Of a stretch of 64,000 nucleotides of DNA, positions 50,101 through 61,300 are shown in pieces. The DNA lies in the NCBI GenBank assembly GCA_028534125.1, contig JAPYYK010000270.1, positions 186,001-250,000 on the forward strand. The letters are read 5' to 3'. The position numbers and the translations under genes were made by a program. Within the stretch, counting starts at the first letter, position 1; every line of letters starts with the position of its first letter. Source of the stretch: Lama glama (taxonomy: Eukaryota). The notes under the pieces are model-generated. The model did no database searches. It saw only the letters and a program-made list of their open reading frames with translations, and had not been told where the DNA came from.

Positions 50101-51781
50101 TAATTCTGTCCATTCTAATGGGGAGAGAGTGAAAATCTGCCAACTTTCCTGAAAATTCTCTCCCTCCATTCTTTGTCAGAGGTATTTAATCTTACATATA
50201 CTTAGTCCTATTTTGAGACTGATTGAAGATCTGCTTAGTCAACGACTCAATTTTTGCCATTTACTATCTTCCATTTACATTCTCCCACTTCGAGAATGTG
50301 TGCCATGTTAACTCTAAAGCAAATCAGATGCATTTGCCTGACAAAGTGATGGAATGCCATTCCAGAGATTTCTCATGTAACCTCCACTCTTCCCCTCCCT
50401 GCCTCAGTAGTTTTTGTATGGTGAGCCCTGGCTCCAATCCTGACTCTTCTACTTAGCTCTGTGAACTTAGGAAACTTTATCTTTCTGGGCCTCAATTACT
50501 TTATTTGTAAAATTGGGACTGTTACAGGTTTGGCACGTTTGTGTGAAATCATGAAACACACACTACCTGGCTCAGAGTAAATGCTCATTCAATGTCAGTT
50601 GAAATGCCAGTCTGAAAATACTGTAGCCACCTATCCTGACATTGACACCAAATGAAACAGTTAAAGAAAAGCCAGCTCTTTTAACTTGTGGAATGTTTTA
50701 TTGGGTCTAAAACTTAGAAATAAATTTTTTTCTTTATAAAAATATCAAAATATTTGATCATATAGTATAGCATGAAATAAAATAATTTTAAGCATTTTAA
50801 ATTATTTATTCATTCATTTATATAAAGGAACTATTGATAAGAACTTTATAAACTTGACTGAACTGTACTGACATAGTATCTCCTTTATCAGGACTATGTA
50901 TAATTATTCTTGAGAGCAATCAGCATACTAGTTGAATATAATTGTGATAAGGATTAGAAAAAGTAAATTCTACCTAGTGATTCCATAGTTGTTCTATAAA
51001 TATAAAAATGTTAATATTTCTAATAACCCCTGATTTTGAGATAGAAAACTATCTTACTATCTTCATTTCTTCTTCCTTTCTTTTTTTTCTTTATTTCTTC
51101 TTTCCTTTCCAAAGGGAAACAGTTGCTTCAGTTCTGAAGCTCATCTTTTTTTCACTTGGTCAGTTGTAATAACTACCAAATGATTTACCTACATCCAGTT
51201 TCATCTTACTTTACCCTGTAGTCTATTCACTGTCAACTAATGTTTCTGAAATGGAAATTTTAAAATTGCCCCTCTACTCCTTAAAATCCTTCAGTGACTT
51301 CCATTGGTCTAATTCTTTAGGGTGGCATTCAAGATGTTCGTGACCTGGCCCACATCGGCCTTTCTGAAGTCATCATATGCCTCTCCTTCCCATTTACCCC
51401 TGGCTTTAACTTAATCTCTAACACTTTCAAGCTTTGTGATCTCAGTATGTGACAATTTCTACTTAAACCTGACTCGGCATTTGTGTTAGGAAGACTCAGG
51501 TCCTCCTTTTCCCCTGTAACATTAATTTTCAGTTATTCTATAATGGCTTATTTAATTACCCCAACCCCCTTACTAGATGTGAGTAGTTTGAAGGTAGTAG
51601 TTTTTATTTTCATCTGTTTTTTTTTCTTTTTATTATGCATACCTAACATTCAGAGTTTGTTCATTGGGTGATTGTGTACTTTTGGCAATTTTTAAATGTT
51701 TTGTTTTGAAAGTAGAAGTTGTTATAATTTTATGTAAATAAAATTGGGCAGAATTCAGTCCAAATAATAAATGTTTTATAG

Positions 51782-51825
51782 CCTTCAGTTTGGAAACCTG
51801 CAGGATTATGATTGCCATGTTGGAT
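51782..51825 (+). CDS. GCA: GCA exon 4
   Basis: ttatag|CC; PFSLETCRIMIAMLD; donor GAT|GTATCCTT (U12-type); 44 nt. Confidence 0.96.
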
Positions 51826-52105
51826 GTATCCTTGAATAAAAACAGAAAATACTAGAATATAGAATAATTGTTTTCTGAATATTAAGGCAATTGTTAGATA
51901 TAAATGACCATAGTAAACTAGAGAGTTTAACAGTACTTCATAAGACCCTGTTCGAATTTTATTCTTTTCCATTTTCACAAAGAAATCTTTATATGCTGAA
52001 TTTGGCTAACTCTTGCAGAGCATACTTAGAGTTTTTTAATTGATGATTTGGGTCAGGTAGATTCTCTTTGGTATCAAAATTTATTTTTTTTAATAAAACC
52101 ATCAG
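51826..52105 (+). other. GCA: U12-type (minor spliceosome) GT-AG intron 4 of GCA
   Basis: 5' splice site GTATCCTT. The 3' end has no polypyrimidine tract next to the AG (TTTTTTAATAAAACCATCAG) and a degenerate branch motif ~13 nt upstream; 280 nt. Confidence 0.8.
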
Positions 52106-52253
52106 AGAGATTACACAGGAAAAATGGGATTTAATGAATTCAAAGAACTTTGGGCAGCTCTGAATGCCTGGAAGCAGAACTTCATAACTATTGATCAAGA
52201 CCGAAGTGGCACAGTAGAGCCTCATGAATTGAATGAAGCCATTGCTGCTATGG
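52106..52253 (+). CDS. GCA: GCA exon 5 (EF2-EF3)
   Basis: [49 protein letters not shown]; G|GTAAGA; 148 nt. Confidence 0.96.
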
Positions 52254-54440
52254 GTAAGAAGATTAAAATTCTTTAGAATCTATCCAGGTCGTCTTTGTTC
52301 TTTGATCAGTTGAATCATAATTGTTTCAATTTTCTAAGTAATAAAAGTATATATTATTTTTACCAGCTGTTGCCCAATTTGATTTCAAGGTTGTAGGTAC
52401 ATTTTGATTAAAGACCTTTAACAAAACCATTTTATTTATGAGTTTTTCAAAAGGTGATCTTTCATGCATTCTGGTTGATAAAAAAATTTCTGAATTTCTT
52501 CTGTTGAGTATTCTTAAATTTATTTTTCTAATTGTTCATACTCAGTTACCATTTATATGATGTACTTTTGTAACTTGGTAAGATTTCTAAATTGACAGCA
52601 AGGGCTTATCTCAATTACAAGTCTCCATATCACTATCTAGCTTTCTAGCAGTAAAAACCAATCTTTTTCTTTGTTTTTCTTCTTTTTTTATGTAATGTAG
52701 AATACACAGTAGATACCAAAAAACCGCAAAATGGGAAATCTGCATTTTAGAATATCTTAAAAGAATGTAACTTTACTTTTATTATATATATATCTCTGAA
52801 AAGCTAAGGTTCTCAATCTACTTTCTTTCAAAAAGTGACAATATAAATGGTGTTTAACTTGCTTACACTTAATGCAGTTTTAAATAGTTTTCTTAATTGT
52901 GTTTACCCTTGTGATTTTATTTACACTCATTTCTAAACAGAATGCATTTGTAAGAAAACTAACTTTTTGAAAGATTTTAACTTTCAGAAATCTGAACCAA
53001 ATGTAAATTATCTCAAATTCTAATTTATAGTGAAAGCTATGATTAGTTTTGTTATATAAATATTTTGATTTAATAGGTGGTCATTTTAAGGACAGTCCTG
53101 GCCACATAAATGTGTATAGTTCAGTTATACAGCCTTCATACCAAGTTAAACTTGGTTCGTAATTCAGCATAATGTCGGAAAATTAATATAATTGTTCGTT
53201 AAAAAGAGAACCACCAAAAATTTCACATAGGCAGTTGGGTGTAACAAAGAGGTATTCTGTATTATTCAGTTAAGGTCTTCAGATATCTTTTAAGATACTC
53301 AGATTATTTTGCTGAAAATACTGTGGAAAACCTTACAAATTTTATCGGTACCACACCCAGATCATCTTCCTAATGGAAGCTCAAAATTCATTTGCATATA
53401 ATTACATTAGTCTACACATTCAATTTACTTCTTCTGTGAATTTATACCATTCCTTTCATTTACCTTTAGCAAGTTTCCTGGATTGTGTTTTATTATAGCT
53501 ATGCATAGAATTATCTTCTGTTGCATTTATTTTTATTGTTTTCCTCTTTGACTGGATTAGTGTCTTTTGTCCAAATTCTTTAGTAATATATAAAGATAAT
53601 AACTCTAGGCCAGCATTCTTCACAGTAAAGTGTACACATCTCCTTAAACACAAAGGACCATCTGTCAGGGTAAGCAGGTAAAATGTATTAATTTATATTC
53701 TAATTTTATTCCATTTTTAGAAATTTCAGTTTCATATATATTTAAAAATGTAAATAATCAAATAGTAATACAGGTATAGAATTTAAAACTAAATTGATAC
53801 ACATGTAATGGGAGCGAATCATCCAAAACTTTTTACTCATTGAAGTACACAATCAAAAACTTTGGGAGACCACAGAGCTAGACAACAAAGAACCAAAGAA
53901 ATAGTGAGAAAGCTGTGGATAAAATGAAAATCTGTGAAGAAACAGAATATGGGTTAAGGACAAAAAGGAATAACATTTTCCTATTTCTTCCCCCTCTGAT
54001 GATCCTCAAATTTTCTCTGGCTATAAAAGACACTTGAAAGTAATATAATCAATGGAAAATACAGGATTTGAATGATAGCAAAGATCACTAATAATCTTTG
54101 TTTTGATAGTCTTTAAAGAACTATAAAATTACAGGGTTGAAATAAATGCTTTAAAACCTGTGACCTACACTAGACATTATTTCAACATCAAAATATATTT
54201 TGAAAACACAAAGATAATTATTTTCTTTTTCTTGTTCTGGCTTTATTACAAAGCTAGAATTGTATGTACCACTTAACTGTTAGTAACAAAGCCTCTGTCT
54301 AATCAATTTCAATAGGAGTGTGTTTTGTTTCTAAAACATATTTTTATGTAATGAATTTTGAAAGTTAATTTATTTTGTGACTTAATGCATTGCTGCTGTG
54401 GTGTTCTTATAGTGTTTAGTTTTAGAAGTTTTAATCTGTC

Positions 54441-54572
54441 NNNNNNNNNNNNNNNNNNNNNNNNNNNNNNNNNNNNNNNNNNNNNNNNNNNNNNNNNNNN
54501 NNNNNNNNNNNNNNNNNNNNNNNNNNNNNNNNNNNNNNNNNNNNNNNNNNNNNNNNNNNNNNNNNNNNNNNN
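54441..54572 (+). other. GCA: Assembly gap probably containing GCA exon 6 (EF4)
   Basis: The expected ~38-codon segment (GYRLSPQ...KLRALT in other mammals) is not seen in called bases between exons 5 and 7; the 132-N gap is just large enough to hold it. Confidence 0.7.
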
Positions 54573-54875
54573 ATGGATCATTAATGGGTACAGTATTATG
54601 TAGTTTTTTTTCTTGAATGATGTCCCTCATTTTCTTCACTAAGTTAATAATATTTTTTACTTTACCCCTTTAGTTACTATTAAATCTAATCAGAGTTTTA
54701 AGGCTTTAAAAATTGAGAAATATAAATAGTGAAAAATTATTTTAGCTCACTTTGGCGAAGTCTTTTTAATGTCTCAGTTGCCTGGGACATAAAATCACTT
54801 AAGATTTAATTGAGTACGAAATTACTCATTTTTTTAGTACCTGAGGACACCAAGTATTTAAAACTATAGATTTTA

Positions 54876-55091
54876 TTTTTTTAATTGAAGTATAGTCAGT
54901 TACAATGTGGCAATTTCTGGTGTACAGCACAATGTCCCAGTTATGCATATACATACATACATTCATTTTCATATTCTTTTTCATTAAAGGTTATTATAAG
55001 ATATTGAATATAGTTCCCTGTGCTACACAGAAGAAATTTGTTTTTTATCTATTTTTATATATAGTGGTTAACATTAACAAATCTCAGACAC
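54876..55091 (-). mobile_element. Artiodactyl-type L1 3' end in GCA intron 6
   Basis: ttaattgaagtatagtcagtttacaatg...atattgaatatagttccctgtgcta; 12-bp TSD CTATAGATTTTA (54864-54875, 55092-55103). Confidence 0.85.
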
Positions 55092-55137
55092 CTATAGATT
55101 TTAATTTATAACAAAAAAAGTAATTATTTGTTTAAAG

Positions 55138-55196
55138 ATTTCTTTAGGAGAAGAGACCACTTGCAACAAGGTGTTGTGAATTTCGTATATGATGAT
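55138..55196 (+). CDS. GCA: GCA exon 7
   Basis: tttaaag|AT; DFFRRRDHLQQGVVNFVYDD; GAT|GTGAGT; 59 nt. Confidence 0.95.
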
Positions 55197-55850
55197 GTGA
55201 GTATCCTGGGTAACACTTTTGATATTTTTACTGGGTTCTGTGGGTGTTTTTAGTTTTCAAAAAACACTTAAGTGATCTCCAGTATCAGTACTGGAAATAA
55301 TATACTTTAGAGACCACATTCTTTTTCTATATGTTTCTGCTTAATGCAAATGTAAGATACAGTACTGGTACAGATACCAACTTGACTTTATATTGAACAT
55401 AAAAGTACTTTTAAATTTTATGACAGGCTTTTGGCAGTTTATCTTCCAAATCATTTTTAAGGGCAAAACTGCCATTATTTTTTAAAGAGTAATTTACTTG
55501 TGGTGATCTTTCTTCTAAGAGAGAGAGGAAATTTTCTTCTATGATAGATTATAGAGCTGTTCATTTTTCATTCCGAATGGTTGCTATTAACCTGATTCCA
55601 GGATTTTTTTTCTTTTTAAATTGAAGCTGTAGGAAAGGTTACATTTCACACATGCTTCAATGTTTCAAGGTTTTGTTTTGTTTTTGTTATGTGGAAGTTT
55701 AACTATATATACCCTACACTACATACTGGTTTCAGCTACAAGCCTTGGAAACTCAGAATTTCTCCTGTGAAAACGCTTCTGTGGAATATAATTAATCAAA
55801 ACCAAAAACCACCTTGTTGTTACCAGCTGGTGATTTTGCTTATGTATTAG

Positions 55851-55877
55851 TTTTTGCAGGGCACTATGACAGTCTGA
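55851..55877 (+). CDS. GCA: GCA exon 8, coding part and stop
   Basis: tattag|TTT TTG CAG GGC ACT ATG ACA GTC TGA = FLQGTMTV*. Confidence 0.93.
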   Translation, partial: FLQGTMTV

Positions 55878-56036
55878 ATATCTAGAATTTGAAAGCTGAA
55901 GACATACTGTGATTTCTCTGCTTTGAAGAAATGGACCGGACTACTTTGAATTAACACTTTGGGGGCTTTTCCATGTTCCTGTCTGTTAAATCTCTTCTCT
56001 TTCTATGAGTTTTTACTTTAGCTCACAGTACAAAGC

Positions 56037-56042
56037 AATAAA
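56037..56042 (+). terminator. Proximal GCA polyadenylation signal
   Basis: AATAAA 160 nt after the stop, followed by a GT/T-rich tract. Confidence 0.55.
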
Positions 56043-58277
56043 AGAGATGTTTTGTATTTGAGATTTTACTGCTTTTAGTAAAGTGATAACTTCATAGATA
56101 TCTGCATAATGAATATTGGTATATGATTAAGTGATAGAAATTCCATTTAGCTTTAATTTTTCTTTCTTACTTACAAGATAGATTATATAAGAAGCCAAAT
56201 GATGAAAGCCTAGACAAAGCTAATTTATACTTAACTGAAGGTTACAAATTATACTTTGAAATTTTGTTTGTAGTTGTTGGAGTTTGAAGGTGAACCAGAA
56301 GGGGAAGCCGAGATTTTGTGCCATATTTGTCATGGAGTTTGTTTTTTGATCACATAATCAGAGAACAGAAACTCATGAGTCTTTGCCTGTGAAGAAGAAA
56401 ATTGTAGTTCCTCAAATTTTGTCTTAAATCACTTCAGATGGACCTAAAATTAATAAATTTGTTTACCATGAGTTAATCTATGGTGAAATAAAACTGCAGG
56501 AGGCATTTTTTTTCCCTTTAATTTTCTGCAGTGTAAATTTTTCTTCAATATGTTTTGTTGTCTTCTGTGGGAAAAAAATTCCTAATAAACGTAACTTTTC
56601 TCTCTGCACTTTATATAACCTGACGTGGCATTGTCCTCTAAATCTAGATGTTTCTGGAAATGGCAAATTTTTAATGATTGTCAATATTTAAATTTGTTCT
56701 TTTAAATGAAATTGTTTATACATAATGCTTTTAACTGTTTACAAAGTTAAGAAAAAAATCAAGTCATCTACCACTTTGTTTAAATGTTCAGAAAATATAA
56801 GTTTGACTTCCCTGACAACAGTAGCTGGTGATCTGGGCTTTAGTAAATCAGTAAGTCCTTACCAGTAAGTTTCTACCAGTAAGTATAACGTGGGGTCCTG
56901 GGCGCGGTGGGCAGCACAGCAGTGTTTCTGAGTGGTGTTGCTACTAGAGTTACAAAGTGGGGTCGTCAGGTCTGGAGCATTTAAGCTTCCTGGAGAAGCT
57001 GTTGTAATTAATCAGCCCCTTTCTTGGCAAACAACCCTAAGTCTTTATTTCTTAATGAAGATATAATAAATCACATATTTTTCTGACACTTAAACTAAAC
57101 TATCTTCCAGCTTAAAGGTGAATACAAATTGACATAAATTTTAACATTGCTGGTGACCAAATTAATATATACTTTTTATAAAACTCCATGTTTCATAAAA
57201 AATGAAGGATGAATAGCAGTATCTTGGAAAAAAACCCTTTCATAATATGAACATGCAGAATTTTAAATCAATTTTCACTTTAAAAAATCCTAGAAAGGAA
57301 GTAATGTATATCCATGTTGATACAATTTTGTATAGTTAGCTGTCAAATTCATCTGGTCAGCTTTATAAAAATGCGTGAATAAATAATCCACATAATTTTG
57401 TCCTCTGGCTGTTAATTTTTTTTTCATAAACATATATTTGATAATGTGAGAGGACGTTACCTGAGCCATAAAAGGTACAGAATTCTTATTAGAGGTGTTA
57501 TAGTAGAAAGCTAATGCAGACACACTGTATCATTCACGTTGAGTAAAGGGTGGTAATACAACTCAGCAGCATGGAATCTTAACATCCAGTTTATATAGCT
57601 GGTGGAGTTACGGTGCTGTTCTGAGGTCAATTACAATTTTCCTTACTTGGAGGCTCACAGTTGAGGTAAAACTTTAAAAATGGCATGATATGATTCATAC
57701 AAGTTTTGCCAATGACACTTTGTGTTAGAACTCTTTTCCCAGTTCTGACTCATCCTTTTCCAAAGGTGTTCCCGTGACTTTTGGTCATAGGAGGTCTGTG
57801 AAGAAGGAGTTTCCATGGCCAAACATGTTTGGGAAAGTCTCACCTTCCTCAGGGAGCTTAATAAAGCCTAAGGTTCATAAAATCTCATTTAATTTTATTT
57901 GACTCAGTCTTTTCCAAACTTTTTTGACCACAGAACCCTTTCTCCAGCAAAACTAATGTTGCACACCAATCCAACCCAATTGTCAGATAGTTTTTTTGCA
58001 CTTTACGTTAGATAGGTAATCTTATATAAACATTAGTCATAGAGAATTTTTTACCAGCATTCTCCTACTGTGACTCACATTTTAATGCTTTTAAAATAAC
58101 TGATGTAAACAGACACCCATTACTAAAGTAAAAATGAAATAGTTTTATAATTAATATGACGGGAATATGAATATAGTGTGCTAGCTTGTACTGGTTAACT
58201 CATGCCCCAGTTTTCTTATGATGATGTAAATTATTGAATAATGTACACTCTTCATGTCTAAGTGCTTTTATTTATAC

Positions 58278-58320
58278 AATAAACATGTTTCCATGTCATT
58301 TTGAGAATTTTTTTAATAAA
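58278..58320 (+). terminator. Candidate distal GCA polyadenylation signals
   Basis: Two AATAAA (58278, 58315) with an upstream TGTA; would give a ~2.4 kb 3' UTR. Confidence 0.45.
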
Positions 58321-61300
58321 CATTCAAATAGCTTGCTCTGAAGTTTTGCATCATACAAAATCTGTAACATATATTATGAGATGCTTCAGTTCAAGTAACA
58401 GTGCAGTAACTCGCCGATGCCTAAAAGATGGCCAATGATTAAATGTCAGGTATTGTACTTCTGTTTCGAGTGGCAGTTTACACATTTTCAGTTACATCAA
58501 GGGAATCTTAATTTGGTCAACTTTAAATGTAATTTCAAGAACTGTGCTCATTTGATCTATTAAGCATGCATTCAGAAACAAAAAGTAATAATCAAAAAAA
58601 AAGTCAAGTGATATGTTTATTCCCAGAAAAGTCATTTCCCCTGGAAAAAAGTAAATTTTTTTTAATGTAAAGTCTGTGCAATTAAAAAAATAAGAAAAAA
58701 GTAATTTGTGACTATTTCTCTAAGTAAAATATACCAATCAAGTTCACATGTAATCTTATGACATGACTAAACTGGAAAAACAAATATTATTTGTCAGAAA
58801 TGTGCTTTTCTTTATCCTTTCGTGTTTGACAGACTCAATGATATGTTTTCTTTATAGCACTTTTCTGGAAAATTGTAAGAATAAATTTGTTGAAATCTGG
58901 TACATTAAACCTTGTAATTAAAATTCAAGACTTCTTTCAGGTTAGCATATTTTTCTTTTCTCTTAAACTTTAAAATGCAACTGTGGTTGTTTTATTACTT
59001 TGAAACTTGTATTAGTAGATCACATATTTTTGGTCTTAATTAAATCATTTTCATAGCAGAGTAAGCATTTTGAAATAAATGTACAATACTAAGGTATCTA
59101 AGAGTATGTCTAGACTTCATAATAGTATTAGATGATAACAAAGAAAAAGTATTCAGAACTTCTGTGATTACAGTGATGAATGCAGACAGGATTTTAAATG
59201 AATACTGTTCAGCTAATTTGTTGTCTAGAATAAGGTCATAACATCACATATGTCCATACTGAATTCAAATTGTCCTGTAATTTAGAATACTGAGCAGAAG
59301 CAAAATTTTTCTCCAGCAAAATGAGAAACTTATGAAAAACTCTGTCATTCTTTGAATGCTGGGAGACCTGTGCTTTTGTTTCTTGCCATGTGTTTTTCTA
59401 CTTATTTAAAAAAAAAGTAATAAAAGAGCCTCATATTACTTAGCATTCCTTTTATCCAAGTAGCTTGGTAATATGCAGCTTTGTGTATTATTTTTTGAAC
59501 ATTCAAAACTCGGATGTGCTTCTGTATCTGAATATAGAGTAAGGAGATGTTGGCGGCACCTCTCATTACCCTGAGGTGCCACAGAGTTACAGAATGAGTA
59601 GGCTCCTTGCCTATGTGCTACTTATGTTTTCAGATGTGCCCCTTTGCGACACCAGACATGGTAGGAATTTGGAAATCTTACAGGGAGAGAGAAGAATTGG
59701 TCTAGGTTATCATTTAACAGCTATATTCAGAGACAAATATGCTAGGAATTAGCACCTCCTCCTTCCTGATGCAGTGTGTGTGTGCGCGCACACGCACATC
59801 TTCCCCTAAATGTAAAAGTTAAATATGTACCTTACAGGTACACACGTACAGCCATTTGCATTTTAGCTGGCTGTATTTAATCATGTTTTATCTTGCTATG
59901 ATTACTGACATTTTAAAGAATAACATGAACAGTGCTAGTATGAATGTTCCAGAAACATACTAATTATTGATCCATATTCTTTTGAAAATTATAGACTATT
60001 TAAAGATGATTTTAGGATTAGCTGAATTTGTGGATGCATTTCTAATATCCCAAAGCTATCTAAATGCATTACCCCCAAATTTATCTTACGGAAAGAGACT
60101 ATATTTTTAAATATTTAACTTTTTCAAAGTTTGATTGCCATTTTCTAATCAGCTTCACTTACAGATATCAATACAGTGCTTTCTGTTACTCTGTGTTTGG
60201 TTTGGTTTCTTATTTATCAAATAGGGAAATGTTCTAAGGGTTTTTAAATCCTAAAAGTGAATGGTGGGTAATCTAAACCCTAAACAGATTAAACAATCCT
60301 TTGCTTAGAACATGCCACATTATGACCAACGAGTTTTATTTAAAAGTTTTCTTTCAAGATAGTTTGTTTTTTTCTTAAATAATGAATAAGCGATTCCATG
60401 AGAAGAATTAAGAATGTATGAAACTTGAGCAAATGAAAATAGTATCTCGATATTTTCATTCTAGATGAAAAATATGTATCAGGCATATATTATAAAAAAT
60501 TGTCTCGCATATAGCAGAAATTTTAAGTAATCCAACAATAAATGTTCTTGACAGGCAAAAAGTGAAATGTTTTTATGTTTAATCTGAGATTTAATGCTTT
60601 TTACCACTCAGTCCAGCTTACTAGTGCTCAGTGGAACACCGTAAAACTGTTGCACTGTTACAATTATGTGATTTTGTGAAATACATGAGCACCACCATGC
60701 CTACGTCTATCACTGTACCTAGTAAAATGTTGGAAATAGTTGGCTTCTCTAATAAAAGTACCCTAACTAGCTAATGAGATTTACTTTCTTTTTCCCCAAA
60801 ATAATTTCTTTTACAAATCTTAAATTTTCATGTATAAATAGATCAGAAATTATAGGCTTCGTTCTTAAATTATGTATATATACTCTATTTTCAATACAAC
60901 TTGTACACTTTTAGCTACCAAAAATTTGCAACCATTTTTACATGAAATTTACATTTTTCTTATTTACAGTTACTTGTGGAAGGTTATTGCAAAACTAGTT
61001 GTGCAAGTAGATTATACTGTCAATACCACATACCAATCTTTGAAGAAAATATTTGCTAAAAAATAAATATTTCTGCACAGAGTATTTCAAAAGCATCATG
61101 ATTTCATGCTACATTATGTGCATAAAGCCTAGGAAATATATGTGTTTTGGTAGATTGTTTCATTATGTTTAAAGCATTCCAAGGTACTTACTACTTAACC
61201 AACGTGAGTGAGCTTCTTTATATCAGACTGACATTTTCAAGTGATTACACACATTACTTTTTAAAATATATTATTTAACTGGCAAACATTCTGGTATACA

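Noticed and set aside
52800-53885. Possible hAT-Charlie remnant in GCA intron 5 with an ISRE-like TTTCAGTTTC at 53724
   Set aside because: Too degenerate to call by eye; the motif lies in very AT-rich sequence and needs RepeatMasker and ChIP support.
55197-55208. U12-like GTATCCTG four nt inside GCA intron 7
   Set aside because: The U2 donor GTGAGT gives the correct frame; using the shifted site would frameshift, and no U12 branch site is seen near the exon 8 acceptor.
41564-55877. GCA as a pseudogene or exon-loss allele
   Set aside because: All visible exons have intact frames and splice sites; the missing exon coincides with a gap.
56849-56890. CRISPR-like or prokaryotic repeat-spacer array
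   Set aside because: Only three 14-bp tandem units with no spacers, in mammalian DNA; no cas-like ORFs anywhere in the window.
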